Positions 11,531-24,564 of a DNA stretch of 64,000 bases are shown piece after piece. The notes under the pieces are model-generated. The model worked only from the letters and a program-made list of their open reading frames with translations, made no database searches and had not been told where the DNA came from. Numbering within the stretch: the stretch's first letter is position 1; each line of letters opens with the position of its first letter. The stretch lies in assembly GCF_006345805.1 (NCBI RefSeq), contig NC_043007.1, positions 5,208,001 to 5,272,000 on the forward strand, in the 5' to 3' direction. This DNA is from Octopus sinensis (taxonomy: Eukaryota). Made by a program: the position numbers and the translations under genes.

Positions 11531-12279
11531 ACATGTCTCGTTAGGAGATGTCCTTCAAATATTCCTCATACAATCTACCTGTTTTAAACTGATCTAAATT
11601 AAAGCCTTCCAGCAAAAGTTTGCATTAATATGGATTCCAAGGACCAACTTAACAACAACAAGGTTATTTTAATAATTTGGTCATTACTTGAAACAAAGGC
11701 AGAATACAATAATGCAAGTATAGTAACAGAAAGGTTACTCCGCTTATATCACTTAACCAGAAATCCAGCTCAAATGCTTACCCTAAAGTGGACTCTGTCA
11801 AACATTACCCAAGGGTCTGGTAATGGTGTTAAACTGGAAATTAGACTTAATCTATTATCCAGGGCACAGGAATTTGAACTCAGAACTCAATGATCTGGAA
11901 CAAATACCACAAAGCATTGTTTCTTTTTTCTAATGCTCTAACGAATCCATCAGTCTGCTTCTCTGATTGGCATTTCTTAACTCCAGAAAAAGAAAAAACA
12001 AAGGTGACGTTGGTAGAATTTGAACTTACAATGTAAGAAAACATTTCATCTGATACTCTAATGACTGAGCCAGTCCACAGCCTCATGTCTACACCAAACT
12101 CAAATTTAAGATTACGTATTGCCTGGCTTTTATTATATTTGTTCGCTAGAAGTTGGCCAAGGATGAAATAACAACTGTAAAGCCTGGTTGACCAACAGCA
12201 TAATAATGGTTACTCAAAAAACAATGCTTTCTCAATAAGTTGTGTACTTGAGTGCACACACGTTTTGCTTTTAAAACTC

Positions 12280-12860
12280 TGCTTGCAAAGACCTGTTGAA
12301 GCAAGCGAAATCAAAATCAAATTCGATGACAGGCATCCATGCTAGCGGGGTGCAAAGAGCACCATATGAGTGTGATCTTTGACAGAGCGGCTAACCGGCT
12401 TCCGTGCCAGTGGCACTTAAAAGGCACCATTCGAGTGTGATCATTACCAGCGTTGCATTACTGGCACTCAAGCCCTATGCTAGTAGGGTATTAAGAGCAC
12501 CATCCGAGCGTGATCATCGCCAGAGCGGCTATCTGGCCTCCATGCCGGTGGCACGATAAAAACACCATTCAAGAGTGATCATTACCAGCATCGCCTTACT
12601 GGCACCCCGCTGGTGGCATGTGTAAAAGATTCAAGCGAGGTCGTTGCCAGTACCACCTGACTGGCCCCGTGCCGGTGGCACGTAAAAACAGCCACTATAC
12701 TCTCAGAGTGGTTGGCATTAGGAAGGGTATCCAGCTGTAGAAACTCTGCCAGATCAAGATTGAAGCCTGGTGCAGCCATCTGGTTCACCAGCCCTCAGTT
12801 ATACGTCCAACCCATGCTAGCATGGAAAGCGGACGTTAAACGATGATGATGATGATGATG
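12280..12860 (+). mobile_element. SINE family C long form with internal ~55-60 bp tandem modules
   Basis: Repeated GTGCC(A/G)GTGGCAC..AAAA.CACCATTCGAG modules, then the shared 3' end and (GAT)n. Confidence 0.85.
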
Positions 12861-13419
12861 ACACAAATAAAAAACAGCATTGTGTACGCAGAAGGTTTCC
12901 TTTTTTTTAATTCATGCTGTGTGTTTTAAGAAGTTTGTTTCTCAACCACATAGTTTCAGATTCCGTCTCGCTGTGGCCCATTGGGTGTCTTCTGCAATAG
13001 TTTACCCGGCCATGTATGAACACCAATATGATGCTGGAGCAGCTCTCTTTCTCACATCCTGGATATAGCCCTGAGTCATGGATGAAGGGACCAAGAAGCC
13101 GTCTATGTCTACTCATGACTACATAAGGTGCCTAAAACAAGCAGCAGACCCATGCGCATATTACCAAGTCATACTTGCTCATTTGTGGTAGCTGGCTCTA
13201 CTGCAGTTGGCTGCTCTTTCTAGCAGGTTGAGTGATTAAATTAGGGTTCCACAGTTGGTTCATAAATACAAGAACGTTCTCCTTCTAGCAAACTATCGCT
13301 CACATTATGGCATAACTTTTGGATCCAAAGCTAAAACCCTTCATGAAGATATTCCTATTGAAATACATGATCCTGGTTTTGATTGATTTATTTATTTTTT
13401 GTTTTGTTACTGGGTCTAA

Positions 13420-13790
13420 AAGAGGGGACAGTGCCCATGGCCTACGAGACTAGAGAGGGTGATACTAGTGATGTTCCTCTTGAACTTTTGTAAGTGAAAA
13501 CCCATGGGAAAAAGACATGAGCAGAGAATGAATTGCAGAGAGATGGGGTTCTGGGAAGGAAATACTGGATGTCATGAGTATTGCAGGGCTTTGTAGGGGA
13601 CACAACAGGAGTGATGAGGGGACGAAAGATATGTGGGTTAGAAATGTTTGAGTAGAGATGGTACAAGTTCATAGACTGCCAGTTCTGAGGAGACATTATA
13701 CCCGTGAGTTAGGGGCTAGAGTATGTCTATGAGGAATTTTATGCTAATCAGTCAAGTGGTCCTTTTTTAGAATGCAATCTAGAATGTCTC
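13420..13790 (-). mobile_element. CR1/L2-group LINE 3' fragment, degenerate
   Basis: Minus-strand pieces DILDCILKK... and YFLPRTPSLCNSFSAHVF resemble the CR1-group C-terminus (LDRIQKK; FFPRTxxLWNSLP). Confidence 0.6.
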
Positions 13791-14439
13791 TGTGTTATAA
13801 AGAATTTGGAGGAATTTATCAAAATAACTAACATTTTGTCAAAAATTTTGTCAGTATAAAGGTGGTGTTTGGGATAGAATCTAACTTCAAAAATATTCTA
13901 GTTCATGCAATAATGATGAAAGTTCTGTTTTTTCAACATGCATATAAATACTTTAAAATGGACAAGTTTGCATCATAGAACCAAATTTAGTCTCAAGTGA
14001 TTTGGCATCAAAAGAGTTAACCAATAAATTCATGGCTACAACTAATAGTTTCTGAAAGGAAAAAAAAAAACCTAAAATAATTTTTGATATGCAATAAAAA
14101 AAACCCTGAATGGAACCAGGTTTGAATTTGCAAATAACACCTCTCTGAGGTGGGAAAAATATCCTAGAAAAATCTAAAAACCTAAACTCCACAGCATGCA
14201 TAATGCTGCATAAAAGATGGCACTTTTATGCAATTTTATCACTTTTCTGCTTCACTTTTCAATCCATCAGTCAGAGGGGGAAAAGCAGTGTACATGAGGG
14301 TTCCAGGGTCTCTGAGATTAATGGAACAAGGAAACAAAGTCTTCCTCTGATTACAGAACCAGTATGAATGGCACTGACAGAGTGGATTCTGCTAAAAGCA
14401 CCCAAGGGTCAGGCAGTGGTGTTAAAGTGGGATACAAAT

Positions 14440-14472
<33 letters not shown>

Positions 14473-14474
<2 letters not shown>

Positions 14475-14671
14475 CTAATCCAAACAAGAAAACACAAAAA
14501 AACACAACGCGAGGACGTGGAACAAATATAGTATTATTGGACGCTCAGGAAAGAAGGAAAGAAGGAGGGTTTATCGTTTCGAGCGGAGCTCTTCGTCAGA
14601 AACATAAGAGAAGGAAAGATCCAGAGAAGGGAAGACAGAGGAAAAAAATTCGACAACGGTACACACGCGGT

Positions 14672-14675
<4 letters not shown>
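14473..14675 (-). mobile_element. ~200-bp non-coding Penelope/retrozyme-like insert between (TA)n runs, with minimal hammerhead at 14569-14603
   Basis: Minus strand GTTT-CTGACGA-a-GAGC-tcc-GCTC-GAAA-CGA-TA-AAC. Flanked on both sides by (TA)n. Confidence 0.8.
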
Positions 14676-14723
<48 letters not shown>

Positions 14724-14730
14724 TATATCT

Positions 14731-14980
14731 ATCAAAATAAGCAACAAGGATATCCAAGGTAATGTAGTACAATCGTTTCATGCTACTTCCTTTTATTAAA
14801 CACTGTAAGTATTACATCAGTTTTAAAATGTCGAGCAATCTTCAACCACATATAGATATACCTTGGATATCCTTGTTGCTTATTTTGATTATAATCACCC
14901 CATTTGATTTATATGGATAATACCATACTGGTGCCTTTAACTTAAGTACCATATTCATCTGAATCTAAATTTTGCTGAAC
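14731..14980 (-). mobile_element. Penelope-like element with 31-bp inverted repeat (14731-14761/14859-14889) and hammerhead at 14762-14851
   Basis: Minus strand ATGTGG-TTGAAGA-ttgct...agcat-GAAA-CGATTG-TA-CTACAT. Flanked by (TA)n. Confidence 0.65.
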
Positions 14981-15002
14981 TTATATATATATATATATAT
15001 AT

Positions 15003-15166
15003 AGGTGCAGGAGTGGCTGTGTGGTAAGTAGCTTGCTAACCAACCACATGGTTCCGGGTTCAGTCCCACTGCGTGGCATCTTGAGCAAGTGTCTTCTGCT
15101 ATAGCCCCGGGCCGACCAATGCCTTGTGAGTGGATTTGGTAGACGGAAACTGAAAGTAGCCTGTCG

Positions 15167-15199
<33 letters not shown>

Positions 15200-15409
15200 T
15201 TGTGTGTCTGTGTTTGTCCCCCTAGCGTTGCTTGACAACCGATGCTGGTGCGTTTACGTCCCTGTCACTTAGCGGTTCGGCAAAAGAGACCGATAGAATA
15301 AGTACTGGGCTTACAAAGAATAAGTTCTGGGGTTGATTTGCTCGACTAAAGGCGGTGCTCCAGCATGGCCGCAGTCAAATGACTGAAACAAGTAAAAGAG
15401 TAAAAGAGT
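15003..15409 (+). mobile_element. SINE family B, full length, young
   Basis: Intact head, CORE-like domain, internal (TA)n(TG)n and tail. (TA)n on both flanks. Confidence 0.92.
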
Positions 15410-15640
15410 ATATATATATATATATATGATGATATGTAATTGTAAGATCCAAGGATTTAGGTGTAGGATGCTGGTAAGTTTCAAGCAGTCCATGGGTGAT
15501 ATAAAAAGAAAAACAACTTTCAGAAACAATAATAGTTTATTGGTGAAGAAGATTGTAGATTTTTCCCATAATGAAATCCAATAAGCTGGTAAAAAAACTG
15601 AATTTTGCCTGCTCCATTCCCTCAATTTACATACATACAC

Positions 15641-15673
<33 letters not shown>

Positions 15674-15767
15674 CATACATACATACATACATACATACAT
15701 ACACACACATACATACATACATTCATAAAGACAGTCACACAGACAGATAGCAAAGGATAGATAGAGT

Positions 15768-15814
<47 letters not shown>

Positions 15815-16072
15815 CATCAAATCACCAGAACATCATGGTTACATCAACAGCATATGTGCATATGTTTGTTTGTGTGTGTATTATTCCAGTTTGGGTATTA
15901 TGCTTGTAGTTTGCTTTTGTCTTAATTAATGATTTGCTAATGAAATGAGTATGACATCACTGACACAAAGTATGCATTCTGTGAAATAAAGGTTAGTTCA
16001 GCACGTAAGTTGACACTTGTACCTGAAAGTATGACATTTTCCAGAATGGTTGACACAATGTATTATTTTGTA

Positions 16073-16495
16073 TCATCATCATCATTGTTTAACGTCCGCT
16101 TTCCATGCTAGCATGGGTTGGACGAATGACTGAGGGCTGGCGAACCAGATGGCTGCACCAGGCTTCAATCTTGATCTGGCAGTTTCTACATCTGGATGCC
16201 CTTCCTAATGCCAACCACTCAGCAGAGTGTAGTGGGTGCTTTTTACGTGCCACCAGCATGGGGGCCAGTCAGGCGGTACAAGCAATAACCTCGCTTGACA
16301 AGTGCCAGTAAGGTGACGCTGGTAACGATCACGCTCGAATTGGTACCCTTTTATGTGCCACCGGCATGGAAGCCAGTTAGCTGCTCTAATAACGATCATG
16401 CTCTTGGCACCCCACTAGCACGGATGCCAGTCATTGAATTTGATTTTGATTTCACTTGCCTCAACAGGTCTTTGCAAGCAGAGTTTAGTGTCCAA
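16073..16495 (-). mobile_element. SINE family C long form
   Basis: Reverse complement of 12280-12860 with fewer internal modules. Confidence 0.85.
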
Positions 16496-16554
16496 TGAGG
16501 GAAAAAAGGAAAAAAAAGGAGAATGTATGTATACATATATATATATATTTTTTT

Positions 16555-16952
16555 TTTTTACTTGTTTCAGTCATTTGACTGCGGCCATGCTGGAGCACTG
16601 CCTTTAGTCGAGCAAATCGACTCCAGGACTTATTCTTTGTAAGCCTAGTACTTACTCTATCGGTCTCTTTTGCCAAACCGCTAAGTTACGGGGACGCAAG
16701 CACACCAGCATCGGTTGTCAAGCGGTCTTGAGGGGCACAAACACAGACACACAACACATACACACATACATATATATATATATATACATATATACGACAG
16801 GCTTCTTTCAGTTTCCATCTACCAAATCCACTCACAAGGCTTTGGTCGGCCCGAGGCTATAGTAGAAGACACTTGCCCAAGGTGCCACGCAGTGAGACTG
16901 AACAGGAAACCATGAGGTTGGTAAGCAAGCTACTTACCACACAGCCACTCCT
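16555..16952 (-). mobile_element. SINE family B, full length
   Basis: Reverse complement of 15003-15409. Confidence 0.9.
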
Positions 16953-17343
16953 GATATATATATATCATCATCATCATCATCATCGTTTAACGTCCGCTTT
17001 CCATGCTATCATGGGTTGAACGAATGACTGAGGGCTGGTGAACCAGATGGCTGCACCAGGCTTACACACACACACACTTAAATTGCATATACATGCACAT
17101 ATATATATATCTTTGAACAAAGTGCCTTGAAAGTAATTACATACAAGACTGACCAAAGATAGTAATGATGTGGAAATATTGTTTTTGGTATCACATCATT
17201 CTGAGAATCTTTGCAATCAAAGAATGTGTGAGAGGAAGAGAAAACAAACGTTGGGAAAGGGTGGGGTGGGGTGGAACTGTAATAACATTCAATGAAGATA
17301 TGCGGAAAGGAAAGATTAAATACACATACATCCAATACATGCA

Positions 17344-17387
<44 letters not shown>

Positions 17388-17652
17388 GCTGTGCTTGAGG
17401 AGACCTATTGAGTCAAGTACATCAACATCAAAATAAATATCAGATGGAAATTGCAGTTGTGATATCTGTGCCGGTGGTACGTAAAAAGCACCCACTACAC
17501 TCTCGGGGTGGTTGGTGTTAGGAAGGGCATCCAGCTGTAGAAACACTGCCAGATCAGACTGGAGCCTGGTGCAGCCTTCTGGCTTCCCAGACCCCGGTCA
17601 AACCGTCCAACCCATGCTAGCATTGAAAGCGGACGTTAAACGATGATGATGA
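17388..17652 (+). mobile_element. SINE family C short form
   Basis: Head gcttgaggagacctattgagtcaagt is shared with the 36303 copy. (GAT)n tail. Confidence 0.85.
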
Positions 17653-17867
17653 TATATATACATAGACGTGTGTGTGTGTGTATACATGTCATAGTGTGAA
17701 AGTTTAATATGATGAAGGAAAATATCATTACAGAAAAAAAGCAGAAAGAGAATATCTATTACGAACAATCCATAACACTCTGAGTTGATGATGTAAAGAC
17801 AGAACCAAAGTGTGTTGTAGTAATAACGGAAACAGGAAGGAATGACAAGAAGAAAAACACAACACCC

Positions 17868-17887
17868 ACCCCACCACCACCACCACC

Positions 17888-17919
<32 letters not shown>

Positions 17920-17995
17920 CAACAGCAACAGCAACAACAACAACAACAACAGCAACAACAACAACGAAAAGAACAACAACAACAACAACAACAAC
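17868..17995. repeat. (CAC)n-(CAA/CAG)n compound microsatellite
   Basis: Directly visible. Confidence 0.95.
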
Positions 17996-20099
17996 TATTT
18001 GTATTCCAAGATGAGGAAATAACTGGACTGTAGAATATTTCTTTGACTTTTCAATAAAATAATTTTTTAATAACAGCTGTTTGACATTTCAAAGTAATTT
18101 CTAAAATAGATGTTATTGCTGTTGTTGATGTTGATGGTGATGTTGATGATGATGTAGCTTTTTGGTTATTGAGAATTCCCAATTGGTTCAGATTGGTAAT
18201 TCTTAAAATGGGCGGAAAATCCGCTCCCCCGGGGGGATGGGGTGGGGTGGCGAAATTTGGTGATTCTGATATGGAAATTACTTTGTGATTGATACGTTCT
18301 TGACTCATTACAGGGTCAAACAGAACTCTTGGAGGAATTGGTTCAGGCTTTTTACATCCATTGATGTCATCATCATCATCATCATCATTGTCAACATCAT
18401 CATTATTTGAATGGTCACTTTTCCATGATTACATGGGTCAGACAGAATACATCAGGGCAGATATTTCTATGGCCACACTTGTACTCTCATTCGTGTCCGT
18501 CCAAAGAGACACAAACACACACCTCCATGAAAACATACAACATGGCTGTCTTCATTATTTAACGTCTGCTTTCCAGGCTGGTATGGTTTGGGCAGTTTGA
18601 CAGGACCTGAAGAGCTGGAGGGCTGTGTTGAGTTCCAAGGTCTTTTTCGGTATGGTTTCTTATGACTGGATGCCCCTTTTTAACATCAACGATGCTCTTT
18701 CTAATATCAAGGATGGCTTTACCTATAAATACATGCATCATCATCATCATCATTTAGCATCTGTTTTCTATGCTGACATGGGTCAGACGGTTTGATTGAA
18801 ACTGGTAAGCTATCGCACCAGGTTCCAATCTGATTTGATGTGGTTTCTATAGCTGGATGCCCTTCCTAATGGCAACCACTGCAAGAGTGTGATGGGTGCT
18901 TTTTATGTGCCACCGCATGGGCGTCAGTTATATGACACTGGCATCAATCACATCTATGTTTTCACTTGGCTTGATGAATCTTCTCAAGCACAGCACATCA
19001 CCAAAGGTCTGGGTCACAGAAAACAGAAGATACAAGAATCTTTATTGACCACTACATTCGTTTCAATCTTTGTGGCCTAGTGGTCAGGATCTTGAGCTCA
19101 CAATCATGATTCAATTCCTGGCCTGGGCAATGCATTGAATCTCTGAGCAAGGCACTTATTTCATATTGCTCCAATGTACTCAAGTGAAAATGACAACTAG
19201 CCCAGATCTAGGGCAGCCCCTCTTGCTCATGCTCTCACGTGTTCAATTACCCACTTGGTCAATGGGTCAGAAATCTGAGAAGGTACCTATGTCAGCTTGT
19301 CTCTTCATAGGCACTTAAAACAGTTAGTAAAAGCAGTGCATATATCACATATCACTTGTGATCATATCTGGAACTAAATTATCTAATGAGTCCTTCCTGT
19401 TTAAGGTAAAACGTGTGATTTTAAAGAAGTGTGGAGGCTATTTCTAGCAGATCAAGCAACTGTATAACACTCCTGTCCTTGGCTCTGGCAACAACATTAA
19501 TCCTTTTTCTTTTCTTCTCTTAAACCACATAAGGCCATGTCTGGTTTTATGAGATAAGCATCTTGTTTTAAAATGTTTGTATATAAATTGTAATCTCTCT
19601 CCCAAGATAATATTTACGTAAGGCCACTTTCTAACTTACATTTTGCTATGTTCCAAACACCATTTTAATAATGGTAAAGTTGGGATGTTGTTGCCATTCT
19701 CATCGGCATTCTCTTTATGTCTACATCTTCTATGTTAAACAGTGTTGGGTGAGAAATCTTGAAACAATTTGATGGTTGGATGCACTCCTGATAGAGTAAC
19801 CTCATTCACGTACCTATTTTACACACTCTCCCTAAAGCTATAAATATGGTTTACAATACCAAATACAGAGACCAAAACTGTATAATCCCTAATACTGTGA
19901 CTTAGTACATTCAGTACCTTATACCATGACCTAATCCCTTGTAAACTAGTTTACAGCAACTAATACTGTAATCTACTTGATAGTACCTAATAGGGTAACC
20001 TAAGTACCAAATGCTGCCACCTGGTTTGTAGAAACATAGTTTTCAGAAACTACAGTTTGGCAAATTTAGTAACTCGCCAGTTTGCTCAGGATCATTTAA

Positions 20100-20290
20100 C
20101 CCTTTCATTACTGTATTTATTTTGAGATGCTCTGTGTTTCTTTCCATTAATTTTAAATATAACAAAGAATTTAGTAAAATAACTTCGTTATCATTAAGCT
20201 AGTGTTAGGAACATAAATTTTAACTAATGAAAACAAGACATTTATACTAAAGAGCCAGAGCCGGTTTCAGCCGGGTTGGTCATGAAAGAG
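20100..20290 (+). mobile_element. piggyBac-type MITE
   Basis: TTAA on both sides (20096-99, 20291-94), ends CCCTTTCAT...ATGAAAGAG. Same family as 24345 and 31701. Confidence 0.85.
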
Positions 20291-21336
20291 TTAAGGCCTT
20301 TCATCTTGGCACCCTGAACTAAGCACATTTACTTTCTTGTCTTCGGGGATTAGATTTGTAAAATTCTTTTGATGTCCTTTGATTCCATGAATCTTTGCAG
20401 CCTTGCTTTAACCATTTTTGCAGATTGCAATTTCAGAGTGAAGAACCAATAACTAATGTGCAAGGTTTCTGTTGTCTTTCATTGTCACTGCTTTGCTCCA
20501 TGCAGTGGGGCACAAGGATTTGCCGAACAATTTTAGTCTGTGTTTTGACAAAGTTTTTAGTCTTGAAAATACAACAAATACCACCATAACTTTTATCTGT
20601 TTTTGTTGAGAGAATTTCTTCCAAGATATTTTCAAGAGCTTATTATTCTTGTGATGGAAACAAATTCTGTTTTCTACCATTTTTTCTAAAATACTGATAC
20701 AAAATGTTTCTTTGTTCTCTTCAGGACCAGATCTCGTAACAAAGAAACACAATTTGATTTCACACAATTTTCTCAATTCTTTATTTTCTTGGGATTTTAT
20801 TGAGTCTAAATATTCTATGTGTTCGGTTTTTGTTTAACTTGAATATCTTTAACACAGATATTTCTATGAGTGATTTAGAGAGCAAATATTGTTGCTGTTG
20901 TTACTATCATTGTCTTCAAAACTATCTGTTAAAACATTTGGAATATTCAAACATTTTTTCTTCCCTCTTTTACTCATTCAGTTTTGTATTTTGTTTCTGT
21001 GTGGTTTTGTCCTTTTTAGCAGTGGCAATGTTTGGTTGGGCACCATATTTTTGTTTGGTTACTATTTTGATGGAGAAAATGTCATTTATGTAAATATATA
21101 AAAAGCCTGTGGAAACAAAACTTCTTTTTAATTGTGTGCCCCTGGCTATCAAGAACAGGCATTCCTTGGAGTGTTATAATACTTTATAGGAAAGAAAATT
21201 CCATTTGATAATGCTAGACATAGTCCAACTAGAAATAAACACATGTGTGTATGCTTCGAAAACATGTACTAATAGTAGCAGCAGCAGCAGCAGCAGTAGT
21301 AATAGCAGTAGTAGTAGAATAAAAATAAGAGCATCA

Positions 21337-21433
21337 CAACAAACCACAGCACATACCCAAGGCACACAGACCTGCGCTTGATAGTGCAGTGAAAGCACGT
21401 TATAAAAATAAAACTACTGAATAATGATAATAA
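21337..21433 (+). mobile_element. Probable 3' end of an R4/Dong-type retroposon with (AAT)n tail
   Basis: Ends ...AAATAAAACTACTG-AATAATGATAATAAT next to R4 coding fragments. Family assignment is inferred from context and recall. Confidence 0.45.
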
Positions 21434-21439
21434 TATGAG

Positions 21440-21645
21440 CAAAGATGTGGTATGAGAAAACTCCAGAAGGAGGCACTGAAAATGAGTATTGCAAAATCCT
21501 GTGGGATGCAATGATCCAGTTTGATCACCCGACATCGGAAACCGGACATTGTTGTGGGGAATAAAAAAGAAAGAACTTGCATGATAATCGACATAGCATG
21601 TCCCAGGGACAACAAGAACAAAGAGGAAGAAGAAGAAATAAACAA
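21440..21645 (+). mobile_element. R4/Dong-clade non-LTR retrotransposon fragment (restriction-like endonuclease)
   Basis: WYEKTPEGGTENEYCKILWDAMIQ..(fs)..RHRKPDIVVGNKKERTCMIIDIACPRD contains the PD..D RLE motif. Confidence 0.85.
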
Positions 21646-21814
21646 CTATGATGATGTAAAGAAACTAAGCCCTGTACTAAAAGGGGCTGATGCAGTACAC
21701 CACTGGAAGAAGTCTACACTTTATCAATCCCCCACAAAAATGAGAACACTATGTTGCATACATGTCAGGAACATAAAGACACACGGTGATGAAGAAACTC
21801 ACATGAGACTATCG

Positions 21815-21905
21815 AACTGATAGATATGTGCCCCCACCGATAAGAATATATCTGTCAGGGAATTTGACAAGCTTAGTAAATATAGGGATCAAGAAATTGA
21901 AAACA
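21815..21905 (+). mobile_element. R4/Dong RLE fragment (second copy)
   Basis: LIDM..PTDKNISVREFDKLSKYRDQEIE fits the (D..P.D...E.EK..KY..L) motif. Confidence 0.7.
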
Positions 21906-22182
21906 GAACAAAACCCCTGCAACACACAATGTCTTCAATTAACAACACTACGATATTGGTTACTGCACAACATCTTTAGTAATAATAATCCTTTCTACTA
22001 TAGGCATAAGGCCTGAAATTATGGGAGAGGGGTATTAGTCGATCACATTGACCCCAGTATTTCACTGGTACTTAATTTATCAATCCAGAAAGGATGAAAG
22101 GCAAAGTCAACTTTGGTGGAATTTGAACTCAGAATGTGGAGATGGATGAAATGCTGCCAAGCATTCTGCCATCTCACTGCCT

Positions 22183-22432
22183 TAATAATAATAATGATAA
22201 TAATAATAATAATAATAATGATAATAATAATAATAATGATAATAATAATAATAATAACAATAATAATAATAATAATAATAACAATAATAACAATAATAAC
22301 AATAATAATAATGATAATAATAACAATAATAATAATAACAATAATAATAATAATAATAATAATGATAATAATAACAATAATAACAATAATAATAATAATA
22401 ATAATAATGATAATAATAATAATAATAATAAC

Positions 22433-22495
<63 letters not shown>

Positions 22496-22496
22496 G

Positions 22497-22567
<71 letters not shown>
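22183..22567. repeat. (AAT)n microsatellite with AAC/GAT variants, ~385 bp
   Basis: Directly visible; source of the poly-I/N/L ORFs. Confidence 0.97.
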
Positions 22568-22569
<2 letters not shown>

Positions 22570-22850
22570 AGAGAATGATATCAGGAACAGCAAACAAATA
22601 TGTCGACGAAATCCCTGGCAGCCCCCCAAATAAACAAATTACAAAAGATCCTTCAATGGGTTCCTTAAATATTCTACATAAATTCCTCTCGGTGTAAATG
22701 CAACCTTTCTCACTCTGTTTTTGTTTTCTCTTGCAAACATCAGTGTTTTCAATTGCATGGCGCTCCTCACCTGCTGGCATCTTCCAATGCAAAGCCTTGC
22801 TGCAGTTCTTTGTTGAGAGTTGGATGCAACTCGTAGACACTTAAGCCAAA
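22570..22850 (+). mobile_element. R4/Dong ORF C-terminus and 3' UTR
   Basis: MISGTANKYVDEIPGSP..KQITK...MGSLNILHKFLSV* resembles the R4 C-terminus (GMI.K...KY...IPG.P....IQK..L.GTA.ILRK.LS*). It abuts the (AAT)n array. Confidence 0.7.
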
Positions 22851-24344
22851 ACATAAAATAATAAAATTCTCTGTAATTTTGGCCCAAAAGCAGAAATTTC
22901 GAGAGGAGGAAATAAGCCTGTTTGCATTGACTGCATTTCTTGACCAGAACATTATTTTATCAACCTCATCCGCAGAGGATGGAAGGTGAATTTGATCTCA
23001 GTAAGATTTGAGTGCAGAACATAAAGTGTGAAAAGAAATACCACAAAGCATTTTGTCTGACATTGGACGATGCTGCAAGCTTGTTGCCTTAGCAATAATA
23101 GTAGCAATAATAATAGTATTGATGTTGATGATAATGATGATGATAATGACAATGATGATGATGATAATGATAATGATGATGACGACAATAGTAATAATGA
23201 TGATGATGATGATGACGATGATAATTTCTATATTTTGTCACAAGGGTAGCAGATAAGAGAACCTTATGAGAACGAATTAAAAGAAAAATAATGGGGTTTC
23301 ACATGAAATTGATTTTGAGATAGAAATTGAGAGAAAAAAGGGAAATTCTTGTTCCCAGTAAAATTGTTGGAAAGTGGGTGAAAGTAATGAATATGATATG
23401 AGTATAAATGCGTTAATTCTGGGGAAACAGTTGGCAGGAAAACAACAGATGAAAGAGAGTACCTGACTTTATGCTGGGGACATTCTGGATTTGTGAAGTC
23501 TTCCTCCTCCTTCACATTACCACCACCATCACCATTTTCATCATCTTTTAACTTCCACTTTTCTATGCTTATGTGAGTCACAGAGAATTCATTGAAGCAG
23601 ATTTTTATGTGGTCTGATGTTCTTCCTGTCACCAACCGTCACCCGTTTCTAAGTAAGGTAATATTTCCCTGTGGCTTCACAATAGTTAAGATAGACACTG
23701 CTTGTATGACAGGGATGCTCATTTACAATTCCACATGATGTCAAGACAAAAGGCACTTACACACCCATGTACACACACGACAGGCTTCTTTTCAGTTTCT
23801 GTTCCTGGTCCAAGGCAATAGTAGTAGACACTCATCCAAGGTGCCATACAGTGGGACTGAACCTGAAACCACAGTGCTGCCAAGTGAGCCTCTTTAATCA
23901 TACTGCAATGCCCGCATCTCACTATACTCATGTCTCAATCATATATAAGATGCTCTTTTTTTGCTTTTGAATATATTTTCATGTATTTACTGTTAATATA
24001 TTTCAGAAAAATAAGAAACCAATGAACATGTGAAATGCACCCTTTGAACACCCTGCAAAAGGGGTTGGCATTAAGAAGGGCACCCCATCATAAAAACCGT
24101 ACCAAAGTAAGCAATACAGCTTCATGCAGTTTCCCTGGCTTTCCAGCTCCTATCAAACTGTCCAACCCATGCCAGCATGGAAAAGAGACGTTAAATGTTG
24201 ATGATGAGGATGATATTTCAGAAAAATGTCATTATTAAAAGTAATATTTATTGTCCTAAAAATGTCACAGCATAATGATAACCCTGTCCAATAATGGTGA
24301 ATGGGGTTCGTTTAATTCACATATTAAAGTGATGACATCATTAA

Positions 24345-24564
24345 CCCTTTTGTTACCAACCCGGCTGAAACCGGCTCTGGCTCCGAGTACAAATGTCTTA
24401 TTTTCATAAGTTTTGAATTAAAATCTTCCACCAAGCCTGAGTCACAATTTATGTTCCTAACACTAGCTGAATGATAACTAAGTTATTTTACTAAATTCTT
24501 TGTTATATTCAAAGTAATTGAAAGAAATACGGAGCATCTTAAAAAAAATACGGCAATGAAAGAG
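24345..24564 (-). mobile_element. piggyBac-type MITE (reverse orientation)
   Basis: TTAA at 24341-44 and 24565-68. Reverse complement of 31701-31922. Confidence 0.88.

Noticed and set aside
17842-18033. Poly-His/poly-Gln ORF resembling a transcription-factor tract
   Set aside because: Short, with non-coding-like flanks and no convincing splice sites.
20395-20800. Overlapping ORFs suggesting a coding exon or LINE
   Set aside because: No recognisable motifs in a consistent frame.
22043-22840. Poly-I/N/L ORFs
   Set aside because: Translations of the (AAT)n microsatellite.
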